From the IMG/VR virus record IMGVR_UViG_2609460219_000007: a stretch of DNA of 44,629 bases, one strand, 5' to 3'. Of this stretch, positions 1-8,859 are shown one piece after another. How positions within the stretch are numbered: the first letter of the stretch is position 1; each line of letters begins with the position of its first letter. The position numbers and the translations under genes are program-made. The notes below the pieces were generated by a model, which saw nothing but the letters and a program-made list of their open reading frames with translations, did no database searches and had not been told where the DNA came from. This DNA is from a virus. Lineage: Duplodnaviria > Heunggongvirae > Uroviricota > Caudoviricetes.

Positions 1-19
1 CTATTTGATAAATATTAAA

Positions 20-1315
20 TTAATTTTTCATTGCTTCGTTATGGGGCATGGTTGGGGCAAACTCGCTTAACTGTGTATTTAACAAAGCTACCTGTGCATT
101 ATTGTTGTCAGACATCCATTTTCCGTATACCTGAAATACCATTTGCGCATCTGCATGGCCCATCTGGTTTGCTATAAATGCCGGGTTAGCACCAGCTGTC
201 AGCGACCAGCAGGCATAAGTATGTCTCGACTGATATGATTTTCGATGGCGGAGTCCGGCACGTTTTATCGCTGCGTCCCACATCTGCCTTATTGAGTCAA
301 CGGTAAAATGGTCACCATAATTTTTTACTCTCGCTGACACTTCAGGTTGAAAAACAAAGGTGCATTTTTGTTTTTCTGTTCTGCCATACTCTCTGAGGTG
401 AACATCAATGATATGCTCTTTGCTCAGTCTCGTTAATGTCATCTGACTCCGGAGAGCGTCGATTGCTGGCTTAATAAGATGAATGACCCGATTGGTTCCC
501 GCCTGTGTTTTTGGTACCGTGAAACGGTCTTTTGCTAAATTTCTCCTGATCATCATTGTTCCATTTTTCAGATCTATGTCCTCCCATCCAAGTGCACACA
601 GCTCACCANGGCGAACGNCAGTATAAACAGAAACACACCATAAATTTTTTGCTTGCTGATTTCTGCACGCATCGATAAGACGGATGAATTCCTCCCGCGA
701 AAGAGGATCCGGAATGGTTCTTGATTCCTTTAATGGCGAGATCCCCTTAAACGGGTTATCTGCCAGGTAACCGTTATCAACACCAAACTGGAACACGGCG
801 TTAAGATTTGTCATGTAATTATTTACAGTTACAGCCGATCTCCCTGGTTGTGTAACAATATAGTTACTTTTGGGGATCTGGTATCCAGTCAGTAGCTCTT
901 TACGAACCTCCAGTAATTTTTCTTTATTAATCGATGAGGCAAGATTTTTTTCACCGATTATGCTCAGGATATTTTTGATGACGGCACGGTATGTGTTGAG
1001 TGATGTTTTGGCGACTTCAGTTTCTTTCAGTGCCAGAAATTTTTCAGCCAGTTCTTTTATGGTTAAATCTTGTCGGGCCTCACCAAATTTTTCCAGATTG
1101 CGTGAGGAGGGAAACTGTTTTGCATAGTCGAAAACACCAGTTTTTATTGCGTAACAAACAGAGGAGCGTAGTTCACCTGCAACGCGCCTGTTTTTTGCTG
1201 TGTCAGGAACCCCCAGATTTTCCCTGACTCTTACGCCTTTATAAACAAACCAGATACGTAATTTCCCTCCATGGTTTTCCACGCCTGTCGGATATTTCAT
1301 TTCAACTTCTCTCAT
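20..1315 (-). CDS. Phage tyrosine integrase (lambda-type)
   Basis: 431-aa ORF at the prophage end; C-terminal catalytic region with ...LRHRKSYQSRHTYACWSL... typical of tyrosine recombinases; followed upstream by an xis-like gene; N bases at 608/618 give two X residues; true start may be the internal MKYPTG Met. Confidence 0.85.
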   Translation of the reverse strand: MREVEMKYPTGVENHGGKLRIWFVYKGVRVRENLGVPDTAKNRRVAGELRSSVCYAIKTGVFDYAKQFPSSRNLEKFGEARQDLTIKELAEKFLALKETEVAKTSLNTYRAVIKNILSIIGEKNLASSINKEKLLEVRKELLTGYQIPKSNYIVTQPGRSAVTVNNYMTNLNAVFQFGVDNGYLADNPFKGISPLKESRTIPDPLSREEFIRLIDACRNQQAKNLWCVSVYTXVRXGELCALGWEDIDLKNGTMMIRRNLAKDRFTVPKTQAGTNRVIHLIKPAIDALRSQMTLTRLSKEHIIDVHLREYGRTEKQKCTFVFQPEVSARVKNYGDHFTVDSIRQMWDAAIKRAGLRHRKSYQSRHTYACWSLTAGANPAFIANQMGHADAQMVFQVYGKWMSDNNNAQVALLNTQLSEFAPTMPHNEAMKN

Positions 1316-1334
1316 TAGTTAGTGTGGCTTTTAG

Positions 1335-1586
1335 TCAAGTAAGATGACGTCTTGGTCTTGCTGATGCCTGGCGCTCAATCCAGCGATCAATTTCTTCCAG
1401 GTTGTAAAAGCATGGACTGTTATCCCATGGCATACCGTCATGAGCGACATGCTTATATTNCCTTCCTTCCATAAACGATTTTTCCCGGGCCTTTTTTAAC
1501 GTACCTTTTTTTATTCCTTTCAGCGCAATTAACTGCTCTTCGGATACCCATTTGCCGGGAGAGACAATCATGATTACTTCGCTCAT
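1335..1586 (-). CDS. Putative excisionase / small DNA-binding protein
   Basis: 83-aa ORF immediately upstream of int on the same strand; resembles the small putative-excisionase family of enterobacterial prophages (recalled, not searched); one N base. Confidence 0.55.
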   Translation of the reverse strand: MSEVIMIVSPGKWVSEEQLIALKGIKKGTLKKAREKSFMEGRXYKHVAHDGMPWDNSPCFYNLEEIDRWIERQASARPRRHLT

Positions 1587-1658
1587 CGATTTCTTTATCT
1601 CTTACATCAGACGAGCGCCGGTTGCAGAATACCAGTCACAACCGGCGACAGTTGAACA

Positions 1659-4130
1659 TTAAGAATCAGCCTGACTCGGGATCAGTTTTTGCCAGATAGC
1701 TGAAACGTATTTTGCCTGGTAACGGGCGTCATCAAGTGCATTATGGCGCTCACCTTCGAATGGAATAGCCGTTCTGGCATCGAAGTCTATGGCTTTCCCC
1801 AGCTCAACGATTGTGCGTACATCGCGATCGTTGTAGTAACGCCACGGGCAGGGGATCCCCTGCCGTTCGTATGAACGGCGCAAAATCGTGTTGTCGAAGT
1901 TGGCTCCATTTCCCCAGACATGAACAAAAAATTCACCGGAGTTTTCGTCGATAAATTCCCGCAATTGTAACAGTGCATCATCTAACGGGATTTCATCGGT
2001 CATAATGGCAGATTGCGCTTCGCGTGATTGTTTAAGCCACCATTTAATGGTGTCCCGATCAATGACTCCGCCAGCAGTTTCCAGATCGATAGTCTTACTA
2101 AATTCCGGTCCCATATCTCCGGTTTGCGGATCGAAAAATATTGCACCTATTGAGATAATCGGGGCATCGGGATTTTTTCCCATGGTTTCAAGGTCGATCA
2201 TCAGATGAATCCCCGCTCTGCTGGTGGATGTGAGATTATGATGACCGTTTGCCTTAATTAAGGGATCTGACGCCTCGCCAGTTTCACTATCGCTGGCATG
2301 ATGCTGATTGCCGCCAGTGTTCTCCTTGTGCTGATGCGCAGTGCCTTCCATTTCCTCCGGATCATTTTCCTGAACTTCANGCTGATTCTCTCCATCGAAT
2401 ATTTCCTGGTATGTTGCGTCACCCATCACCGCACCACAATCANGGCAGTTGCCGCCACCGCTCTGACCGCAGGCGGTGCAGATCTTTTCCGGTTCCTGTT
2501 GCACTACTGGTTCAGGTTGTTTCGTTTCTGGCTCGTTTTGTTGCGTATTTGGGCTGTTTTGTTCCGCTTTCTGGTCGTTCTGTTCCGTTTCTTGCTGGTT
2601 CTGGTTCACAGAATCGCGGGTCTGGATCCCCTTAATCCATTTCGGATCATTCGGGTCGCTAATCCCTTCAACAAATTCACCACGTGATACTGCAAGCAGT
2701 TCATCGGCGTCAGGCTGGCTGATATTGGCTGCCTGCATAATTTTGTTTACTTCGTCAGCGGTAACTTTTACTGACCCTGGTTGTGCGGTCGTGTCAGATG
2801 CACCAGTATTTTGTTGTGAACCTGAGTATGTACCGTTTTTGCGGGCGAAATATTCTTCTTTCGTGATTTCAGTAGCCCCAGCAGACAGCGCCTTATCCAG
2901 ACCAGAAAGTTTATTTGCGCGACCGTATTTTTCGCCATCCTTGTCGGTGAAGAGGAAGTAGAACGGCCCCTCACGTTCTACAGATGGTTCGACTTCCACT
3001 TTGCATTCGGTTTTTTCGTTGTCTGGAATTGCCGTTTCCACTGCATCAGTTTCTGGTACTGGCGACGAGAGAGTATCAGTTGCGCTCTGATTTGTTCCTT
3101 CATCTTCAAACACGCCCTTTGTAGTCAGGTATTCAGTAATGTATTTGTTCAGTGCCACAGGGTCTTTGTGAATGTCGATCGGACGTTCACGGACAAGGCC
3201 AAAAATAGTCTGGCGGTCGTAGCGAAGGGCATCAGGCTGTTTGCGCATTGATGCCGAGATACGCTTCCAGTCTTCGCGGTCGTTGTCGATAACTTCATTT
3301 TTTGCCCAGCGATGGATGCTGCCGTCAATGTTTCCGGCATCCACATCACCAGGCCAGAGAGCGTAGGCCAGTTCGTCATCCAGTGTTTTCCATGTCTGCT
3401 TGTATTCGCGATGAATGGCAGCAATGACCGGGTTGATTTTTCCTGTTGAATTTTCAGTGTGCTGTTGATTGGCTCTGGCGCGGGCGAGATCAACAACAGA
3501 CGTGTATTTTCCGGCTTCCTTGCGTTCACCTTCGCGACGTTTTTTCCAGATGCGCATCTCTGCCTGAATTTCGGGCCATTTGGCACCAGGCTTACATTTA
3601 TGCTTAACCCACCCGATGGCATGCAGCTTAAGCTCCGGATACATAGCGTTAACTTCTGGCATTTTCATCAACGCTTCAACGATATGGCCGTCGAATGTTG
3701 CCATGTCTTCCTGCAACAATTCCTGTGCGCTAATCACCATATCAACAGTGATGTTTTCACATGTGTCGAACTTAACCATGACAGCGTTCTGTACTTCAGG
3801 GGCTAGGTTGTCAAAAGTGACGTTCATCGGATCGGATTCAGTCTCGACCGGGACAAAGGAAGCAGACGCCTCATCCCAGCGGTTTTCCTGCATATATTCA
3901 GCATCCCAGGAATCGAGGGCAGGGCGGGGTATACCGGGTTTATCCTCGCAAACAAGAAATTTATAAGCGCAGTCCTGAGCAGCCGGATAATGTTCCAGGA
4001 ATTGCCAGTGAAATTTTGCGCGGGCGCGACGTTCATCACCGGCTTCAATGGCAGTGGCTACAGCGACGGCACCTTCTTCCTTTATTGCCTGTTCGTCCGG
4101 AATGGCGGCGCAAATAAAGACTTTACTCAT
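1659..4130 (-). CDS. Prophage exonuclease; C-terminal DEDDh (DnaQ-like) 3'-5' exonuclease domain, long N-terminal region
   Basis: 823-aa ORF; C-terminus carries Exo I (MIDLETMG), Exo II (WGNGANFDNTIL) and Exo III (HNALDDARYQAKY) motifs; central Q/E/N/P-rich low-complexity linker and a Cys cluster (CTACGQSGGGNC.DCG); sits in the exo position after xis. Confidence 0.75.
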   Translation of the reverse strand: MSKVFICAAIPDEQAIKEEGAVAVATAIEAGDERRARAKFHWQFLEHYPAAQDCAYKFLVCEDKPGIPRPALDSWDAEYMQENRWDEASASFVPVETESDPMNVTFDNLAPEVQNAVMVKFDTCENITVDMVISAQELLQEDMATFDGHIVEALMKMPEVNAMYPELKLHAIGWVKHKCKPGAKWPEIQAEMRIWKKRREGERKEAGKYTSVVDLARARANQQHTENSTGKINPVIAAIHREYKQTWKTLDDELAYALWPGDVDAGNIDGSIHRWAKNEVIDNDREDWKRISASMRKQPDALRYDRQTIFGLVRERPIDIHKDPVALNKYITEYLTTKGVFEDEGTNQSATDTLSSPVPETDAVETAIPDNEKTECKVEVEPSVEREGPFYFLFTDKDGEKYGRANKLSGLDKALSAGATEITKEEYFARKNGTYSGSQQNTGASDTTAQPGSVKVTADEVNKIMQAANISQPDADELLAVSRGEFVEGISDPNDPKWIKGIQTRDSVNQNQQETEQNDQKAEQNSPNTQQNEPETKQPEPVVQQEPEKICTACGQSGGGNCXDCGAVMGDATYQEIFDGENQXEVQENDPEEMEGTAHQHKENTGGNQHHASDSETGEASDPLIKANGHHNLTSTSRAGIHLMIDLETMGKNPDAPIISIGAIFFDPQTGDMGPEFSKTIDLETAGGVIDRDTIKWWLKQSREAQSAIMTDEIPLDDALLQLREFIDENSGEFFVHVWGNGANFDNTILRRSYERQGIPCPWRYYNDRDVRTIVELGKAIDFDARTAIPFEGERHNALDDARYQAKYVSAIWQKLIPSQADS

Positions 4131-4222
4131 TTTGTTTTACCTCATTACAGATTTAAGGGTGAACAAATCCCTGCCATTGCTGGCATATAAGAATGAAATC
4201 GGATGTTTATTACGGAACTGTT

Positions 4223-4414
4223 TTAAAGACCTGCCGGGATTTCGTTATTATCCTGGTGAATAACTTTATCGACCGGGTAACAGTTACCGGGAATTTTCTG
4301 TTCGGTTGCTGCAGTCATACACTCCTGCATTGTCCTGTGAACACTGACTGCAATATCAACTGGCTCTCCGGAAACAAGAAAAACTGTCAGAACAAGCGCA
4401 AATGCTGAATTCAT
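4223..4414 (-). CDS. ydfD: Small N-terminally hydrophobic protein, YdfD-like by position and length (63 aa)
   Basis: Starts at MNSAFALVLTVFLVSG... with ATG overlapping the dicB stop; synteny dicF-dicB-ydfD as in K-12 Qin; identity to YdfD not verified by search. Confidence 0.5.
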   Translation of the reverse strand: MNSAFALVLTVFLVSGEPVDIAVSVHRTMQECMTAATEQKIPGNCYPVDKVIHQDNNEIPAGL

Positions 4415-4599
4415 TGTGCACATCCTTTTGGCATCAGACGTAAACGAGCCAGCATTGAAACAATGCATATTTTATTTAATAGCTCCCGTTCTTGTTTTCT
4501 CTTGTTAATGGCATCTTCAGTAAATACAGGGTTACTGATAGTGACACCAATTTCAAAACAACCTTCAGACGTATTAACGTTTGGTAATAACGTTTTCAT
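4411..4599 (-). CDS. dicB: Cell division inhibitor DicB (MinC-activating)
   Basis: 62-aa product MKTLLPNVNTSEGCFEIGVTISNPVFTEDAINKRKQERELLNKICIVSMLARLRLMPKGCAQ matches the recalled DicB sequence and length; directly downstream of DicF. Confidence 0.85.
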   Translation of the reverse strand: MKTLLPNVNTSEGCFEIGVTISNPVFTEDAINKRKQERELLNKICIVSMLARLRLMPKGCAQ

Positions 4600-4770
4600 T
4601 ATCGCGTCCTCAACAATGAATTTTGTGATGCAGTGCCTGGTGCCTCCAGGTGACGTTAACCAGTTAACAATTAACGCCGGATACAGAGAATCCACCCATA
4701 ACACTGTTTTTGGTTTTAACTGTTCCGCGTGCGCTTAGCCGCATTCACCGCATCACAAAATTCACTTTAA

Positions 4771-4826
4771 AAACGGCGGCAGAGCAGTCACGGAGTAAAA
4801 CTGATACCGCCAAACGTCACCAGAAA
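4771..4826 (-). ncRNA. dicF: DicF small regulatory RNA
   Basis: Minus-strand sequence TTTCTGGTGACGTTTGGCGGTATCAGTTTTACTCCGTGACTGCTCTGCCGCC matches the recalled 53-nt DicF sequence almost base for base; located between the ydfABC-like region and dicB as in Qin. Confidence 0.8.
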
Positions 4827-5147
4827 ATTGATAACAGAGGGCGTTGCAGCGGGGTTGTCACTTAAGCGTATGGTCAACCTGACAACTCGGTGTCCTCAAC
4901 GGGGAAGGAATAACCCCGCCATACTTACCGCCGCGCCATTTCGCGGGTTGCCACAACCGGAAGCGCACGGTCGAATTAAATTTAACGACACCGTACAGTG
5001 AGACGAACTTCGCCGTGCGCTTTCGTGTTGTGTGCCTGCTTTTAACCACGTCAGGCGAGGTGGTATCCTTAAAATCACCACAGTTTTAAGGATTCATTAA
5101 GCAATGTCGCAACCACCAATAAATCCGCTTAAGAACATGAAAATTGA

Positions 5148-5663
5148 TTACTGGTATAAAGCGCTTACAGTTGTTGGCGCTGCGTTGTTTGTCTTTAATG
5201 GAACGTCNTTTTTTTGACAGATATCCCGTTGTTCCATTGGGTTTTTTGTCCTCCGGCATCNTTTTTTATTGGTTTGGGGGAGTGGATTAATCACCCTCTC
5301 AAAGTGAGATTTATTGGTCCTGGAGTTTGGACTCGTGGATATAATCGTTCTTCGTGCGCACTCGGTATCATCTTCGACATACTTGGTTGTTTCCTGATTG
5401 TTACAGGAGTCGTCAAGTTCTTCTGATGTAAAACCGCAAATGGGGCACGTAACGGGAATTTTGAAAAGCGTTTCTCCGGGTTCCAGAACAAAATTTTCTG
5501 CGGTCTGATTTTGCTTCTCATATTTGTGCTCCGCGTCATTGTGAGAGCACATTCTTATTCTGAGTGCCTGTTTAAACTCACTGAAGCTGAGAGCTTCTTC
5601 GCCTTCGGCAAGGCCTTCGAAGTATTCTTCGTAAGCCTTTTCCATGATTGTGTCGAAATCCAT
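5148..5663 (-). CDS. Hypothetical protein in the ydfB/ydfC position (contains a CPICGF Cys motif); 3' end uncertain
   Basis: ORF starting MDFDTIMEKAYEEYFEG... right after the ydfA-like stop; extends through two N-containing codons (5259-5261 could be TGA), so the true length is unknown. Confidence 0.35.
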   Translation of the reverse strand: MDFDTIMEKAYEEYFEGLAEGEEALSFSEFKQALRIRMCSHNDAEHKYEKQNQTAENFVLEPGETLFKIPVTCPICGFTSEELDDSCNNQETTKYVEDDTECARRTIISTSPNSRTNKSHFERVINPLPQTNKKXCRRTKNPMEQRDICQKXDVPLKTNNAAPTTVSALYQ

Positions 5664-5664
5664 A

Positions 5665-5820
5665 TCACTCACCTGAGTTTCTTTCCAGCCAGCGACGGGC
5701 ACCATTTTCGGTTTTAAACGTTTTGCTTTTGGTATACGTCATCGCGGTGAACGTGCCGTCCTGGTTGGGGAACACGCCGTACACCAGAGATTCGTTGTTG
5801 CCAAGATCGATAGTATCCAT
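5665..5820 (-). CDS. ydfA: Small protein, YdfA-like by position and length (51 aa)
   Basis: MDTIDLGNNESLVYGVFPNQDGTFTAMTYTKSKTFKTENGARRWLERNSGE; first gene downstream of dicA on the same strand as in Qin. Confidence 0.5.
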   Translation of the reverse strand: MDTIDLGNNESLVYGVFPNQDGTFTAMTYTKSKTFKTENGARRWLERNSGE

Positions 5821-5986
5821 GCTGACCTCATTTCCCCTTAACGCTGGGGTAGCGGAACTGTTTGCTGAGAACACCGTGCGGTGTGTTGATGCAAATAAGA
5901 TTAGCCATGGCTAACATATAGGTCAAGTGATTTTGTATGTTATGGCTAACATGATTGATGTGGTAAAAAATAACTCATTGATGATG

Positions 5987-6394
5987 TTATCTTTTATTTG
6001 TCCGCTGACGGGCTTTTAGTAATTCTTCAAAGAGTTTATTGAAGTTTTTTACTCGAGCTCGCATTTCGGCGAGCTGGGTATCCTGTTCTGATTCTGGCAG
6101 TGCATTAAACAGCTCAAGGAGCTCTAGTTCTTTGGGGGATAAGGCAACTGGCTTCTCAACAGGTGGTGTTGGTTGCTTGTCTTCATCGCCAAATAGAATC
6201 CATGTTGGTGAGCATTGCAATACTTTGCTGAGGGCAAAAAGGTTCTTTCCTGTAGGTTCACTATCATCCCGTTCCCATTGTGATACAGACACATGGGAGA
6301 TTTTCANGGCTTTAGCAAGAGACCTTTGGGTGTGTTTGAGGTTTTTCCGACGATACCTAATGCGTTCGCCGATAGTTAAATTTTTTGTTTCCAT
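5987..6394 (-). CDS. dicA: HTH-type repressor DicA (CI-like)
   Basis: 135-aa product METKNLTIGERIRYRRKNLKHTQRSLAKA.KISHVSVSQWER... matches recalled DicA; divergent from dicC. Confidence 0.9.
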   Translation of the reverse strand: METKNLTIGERIRYRRKNLKHTQRSLAKAXKISHVSVSQWERDDSEPTGKNLFALSKVLQCSPTWILFGDEDKQPTPPVEKPVALSPKELELLELFNALPESEQDTQLAEMRARVKNFNKLFEELLKARQRTNKR

Positions 6395-6477
6395 AGTTAG
6401 CTAATGCTAAATCGTATTGACTATGTTTTTGTTAACATCTATTTTGTTAGTCATAACTAACAATAAAGGTGTTTTAA
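6395..6477. promoter_or_regulatory. dicA/dicC divergent promoter-operator region
   Basis: 83-bp AT-rich intergenic region between divergent repressor genes; perfect inverted repeat TTGTTAGT-CATA-ACTAACAA at 6444-6463 and palindrome TTAGCTAA at 6397-6404. Confidence 0.6.
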
Positions 6478-6708
6478 ATGCTTAAAACTGACGCTCTTTT
6501 GTATTTCGGTTCAAAAACAAAACTTGCACAAGCAGCAGGTATTCGTTTGGCTTCGCTTTATAGCTGGAAAGGGGATTTAGTTCCCGAAGGTCGCGCGATG
6601 CGTCTACAGGAGGCATCTGGCGGGGAGCTTCAGTATGATCCCAAAGTTTATGATGAATATCGTAAGACGAAGCGGGCGGGGCGGTTGAACAATGAAAATC
6701 ACTCCTGA
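6478..6708 (+). CDS. dicC: Cro-like repressor DicC
   Basis: 76-aa product MLKTDALLYFGSKTKLAQAAGIRLASLYSWKGDLVPEGRAMRLQEASGGELQYDPKVYDEYRK... matches recalled DicC and length. Confidence 0.85.
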   Translation: MLKTDALLYFGSKTKLAQAAGIRLASLYSWKGDLVPEGRAMRLQEASGGELQYDPKVYDEYRKTKRAGRLNNENHS

Positions 6709-7213
6709 ACAGGCTCGTGAGGCTCTGGATGNCTGGATATGTCGACCAGGAATGACACAGGAGCAGGCGACGATATTAATCACTGAAGCATTCTGGGCTT
6801 TGAAAGAGCGCCCGAACATCGATGTTCAGCGTGTCACAGATGAAGGTGGCGCGGTTGATCAGCGAGCGCTTGGCGTTAATCGAGTGAAGATATTCGAACG
6901 CTGGAAGGCTATCGACACCAGGGATAAGCGTGAAAAGTTCAGGGCGCTAGTGCCTGCGATTATGGAGGCTATCCGGATTAGTGATTTCAGGTTGTATCGT
7001 GAGATCAGTGATGGAAAAAGTATTACGTACATGATCGCCGGGTTAAATAAAGAATATGGCGATGTGGTGGAATCCGGACTGCTTTTTGCAGATCCTGCCG
7101 TTGTAGATCGTGAAACTGACGAACTTATAGAAAAAGCAATTGCTTTCAAGCTTGCGTATCGACAGCAATACCAACAAAAAGCTGGATGGAATTATGAGTC
7201 TTCTTTTTGCTGA
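6692..7213 (+). CDS. Hypothetical early protein (CII position)
   Basis: 173-aa ORF overlapping the dicC stop, MKITPEQAREALD...; no motif recognised; one N. Confidence 0.5.
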   Translation: MKITPEQAREALDXWICRPGMTQEQATILITEAFWALKERPNIDVQRVTDEGGAVDQRALGVNRVKIFERWKAIDTRDKREKFRALVPAIMEAIRISDFRLYREISDGKSITYMIAGLNKEYGDVVESGLLFADPAVVDRETDELIEKAIAFKLAYRQQYQQKAGWNYESSFC

Positions 7214-8159
7214 ACGCCCACTGGTTATAAACACGCAGCTGGCAATGAAAATTGGCTTAAACGAAGCCATTGTTTTGCAACAACTGCACTACTGGTTGAG
7301 AGATACCAACTCCGGCATGGAATGTGATGGTGTTCGCTGGATTTATAACACAACGGAACAATGGCTGGAACAGTTCCCATTCTGGTCAGAGTCAACGTTA
7401 AAGCGCGCGTTTGCAAGTCTGAAAACGCTGGGGCTTTTGCGTTGTGAAAAGCTCAATAAATCAAAGCGCGATATGACCAATTTCTACACGATCAACTACG
7501 GGAGCGAGCTTTTAGATGGTGGCAAATTGAGCGAATCCATCGGTTTAAAATGCGCCGCTCCATCAGGTCAAAATGACACGATGGAAGAGGTCAAAATGAA
7601 ACGCTCCATTGGTTCAAAACGACTCAATGTCATCGGGTCAAAATGGCCTGATGATCTTACAGAGAATACAACAGAGATTACTACAGAGAATAAAAAGACT
7701 TCTCGTCCGGAAGCTTCGCAACCGGACCCGCAGACGGTTGAACAGGATTTTTTAACCCGACACCCTGACGCGGTTGTGTTCAGTGCGAAAAAACGCCAGT
7801 GGGGCAGCCAGGAAGATTTGGCGTGTGCGCAGTGGATCTGGGGGCGAATCGTGAGTCTTTACGAGCAGGCCGCCAGCGATGATGGCGAGATTTCGCGACC
7901 GAAAGAACCCAACTGGACCGCATGGGCCAACGACGTGCGCACAATGCGGATGCTGGATGGCAGAACTCACAGACAAATTTGTGAAATGTTTGGTCGGGTG
8001 CAGCGGGATCCATTCTGGGTAAAAAATATCATGAGTCCGTCAAAGCTTCGCGAAAAATGGGATGAACTGGTTATCCGCCTGGGGCGTTCGTCTGTACAGC
8101 GTTGTGTGAATCATATTTCTGAGCCGGATACCGAAATTCCGCCGGGCTTCAGGGGGTAA
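7194..8159 (+). CDS. Replication initiator / replisome organizer (lambda O-like role)
   Basis: N-terminal winged-helix-like segment (PLVINTQLAMKIGLNEAIVLQQLHYWL...), then a linker that contains an iteron array in the DNA, then a C-terminal domain; start chosen at MSLLFAERP (7140 also possible). Confidence 0.65.
   Translation: MSLLFAERPLVINTQLAMKIGLNEAIVLQQLHYWLRDTNSGMECDGVRWIYNTTEQWLEQFPFWSESTLKRAFASLKTLGLLRCEKLNKSKRDMTNFYTINYGSELLDGGKLSESIGLKCAAPSGQNDTMEEVKMKRSIGSKRLNVIGSKWPDDLTENTTEITTENKKTSRPEASQPDPQTVEQDFLTRHPDAVVFSAKKRQWGSQEDLACAQWIWGRIVSLYEQAASDDGEISRPKEPNWTAWANDVRTMRMLDGRTHRQICEMFGRVQRDPFWVKNIMSPSKLREKWDELVIRLGRSSVQRCVNHISEPDTEIPPGFRG
7542..7700. repeat. Putative phage replication origin: five ~23-bp-spaced GGT(C/T)AAAA(T/C)G iterons plus an A-rich ACAGAGA-repeat segment
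   Basis: Iterons at 7542, 7566, 7589, 7611 and 7636, followed by tacagagaatacaacagagattactacagagaataaaaag; lies inside the linker of the initiator gene as lambda ori lies inside O. Confidence 0.6.
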
Positions 8160-8199
8160 GTGTTAATTTCTGGTCATGAGGTAATTTTCAGGAGGGCTT

Positions 8200-8622
8200 G
8201 TGGCAAAAGTTTTTACACAAGAAGAGCGGGAAAAAATTAAAGGGCAGGTTGTTGAACTCGTACGCCGGAGTGGGCGTGAGACGTTACGGCAACTGGAAGT
8301 CAAGACAGGTGCGACAAGATATCTGATGAGCGTTCTCGCAAGAGAGCTGGTTGCCAGCGGCGATGTATACAACTCTGGTTACGGGTTATTCCCGTCTGAA
8401 CAGGCGCGTAAGGACTGGCAAAATGCCCGTAAAAAGCTCTCAAGGGTAAAGCTGAAGGAACCATCTGCGGTTGATCCGGACCTTATCTGGTCATTACCTG
8501 ACGGAGAAATACGTCGTTACGACAGGCGTCATAATATGATTTGTACTGAGTGTCGTAAAAGCGAAGTTATGCAGCGCATATTGTCGTTTTATCAGGGGGA
8601 TGTCCGGTATTTATTGAAGTGA
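8200..8622 (+). CDS. Hypothetical protein (replication-module neighbour)
   Basis: 140-aa ORF with GTG start preceded by AGGAGG at 8185-8190; no Walker motif, so not an obvious helicase loader. Confidence 0.5.
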   Translation: MAKVFTQEEREKIKGQVVELVRRSGRETLRQLEVKTGATRYLMSVLARELVASGDVYNSGYGLFPSEQARKDWQNARKKLSRVKLKEPSAVDPDLIWSLPDGEIRRYDRRHNMICTECRKSEVMQRILSFYQGDVRYLLK

Positions 8623-8816
8623 CGAGATTAAAGTGCATTAGTTCAGATGCAAATTGACATTTTGTGGCACAGGGTAGAGCTAGCGTGGTTGTCCGCTTTG
8701 TGCCAAAAGCAGACATTGATAACATTGAGATATGTTAATTTATAGGGAGCAGCTCAAGGCCATTGGAGCTTCCAGTTTTTGCCCCTGAAACCGTTCCCGA
8801 TGAGTACTTCCACCTG

Positions 8817-8832
8817 AAGACTGCGCAGTCTT
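8817..8832. terminator. Perfect palindrome AAGACTGCGCAGTCTT between convergent genes (possible bidirectional terminator)
   Basis: 16-bp perfect inverted repeat followed by AGTTTTCGTTTCC on the plus strand; lies 3' of both the 8200-8622 gene and the FRG gene. Confidence 0.3.
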
Positions 8833-8859
8833 AGTTTTCGTTTCCTTTAGTTTATCCCT

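Noticed and set aside
2298-2961. Plus-strand ORFs (129, 74 and 161 aa) overlapping the exonuclease gene
   Set aside because: Shadow ORFs on the opposite strand of a long, well-supported gene, in its low-complexity repetitive linker region.
5148-5705. Reading the 185-aa ORF as one intact protein with start at 5705
   Set aside because: The 5' end overlaps the ydfA-like gene and the 3' part runs through two N-containing codons, one of which (NGA) could be a stop; only the MDFDT...CPICGF core is treated as a probable gene.
7542-7645. Tandem repeats inside the replication gene as a possible CRISPR or VNTR
   Set aside because: They lie in-frame within a coding linker with about 23-bp periodicity and an adjacent A-rich segment, the classic ori-in-initiator arrangement.
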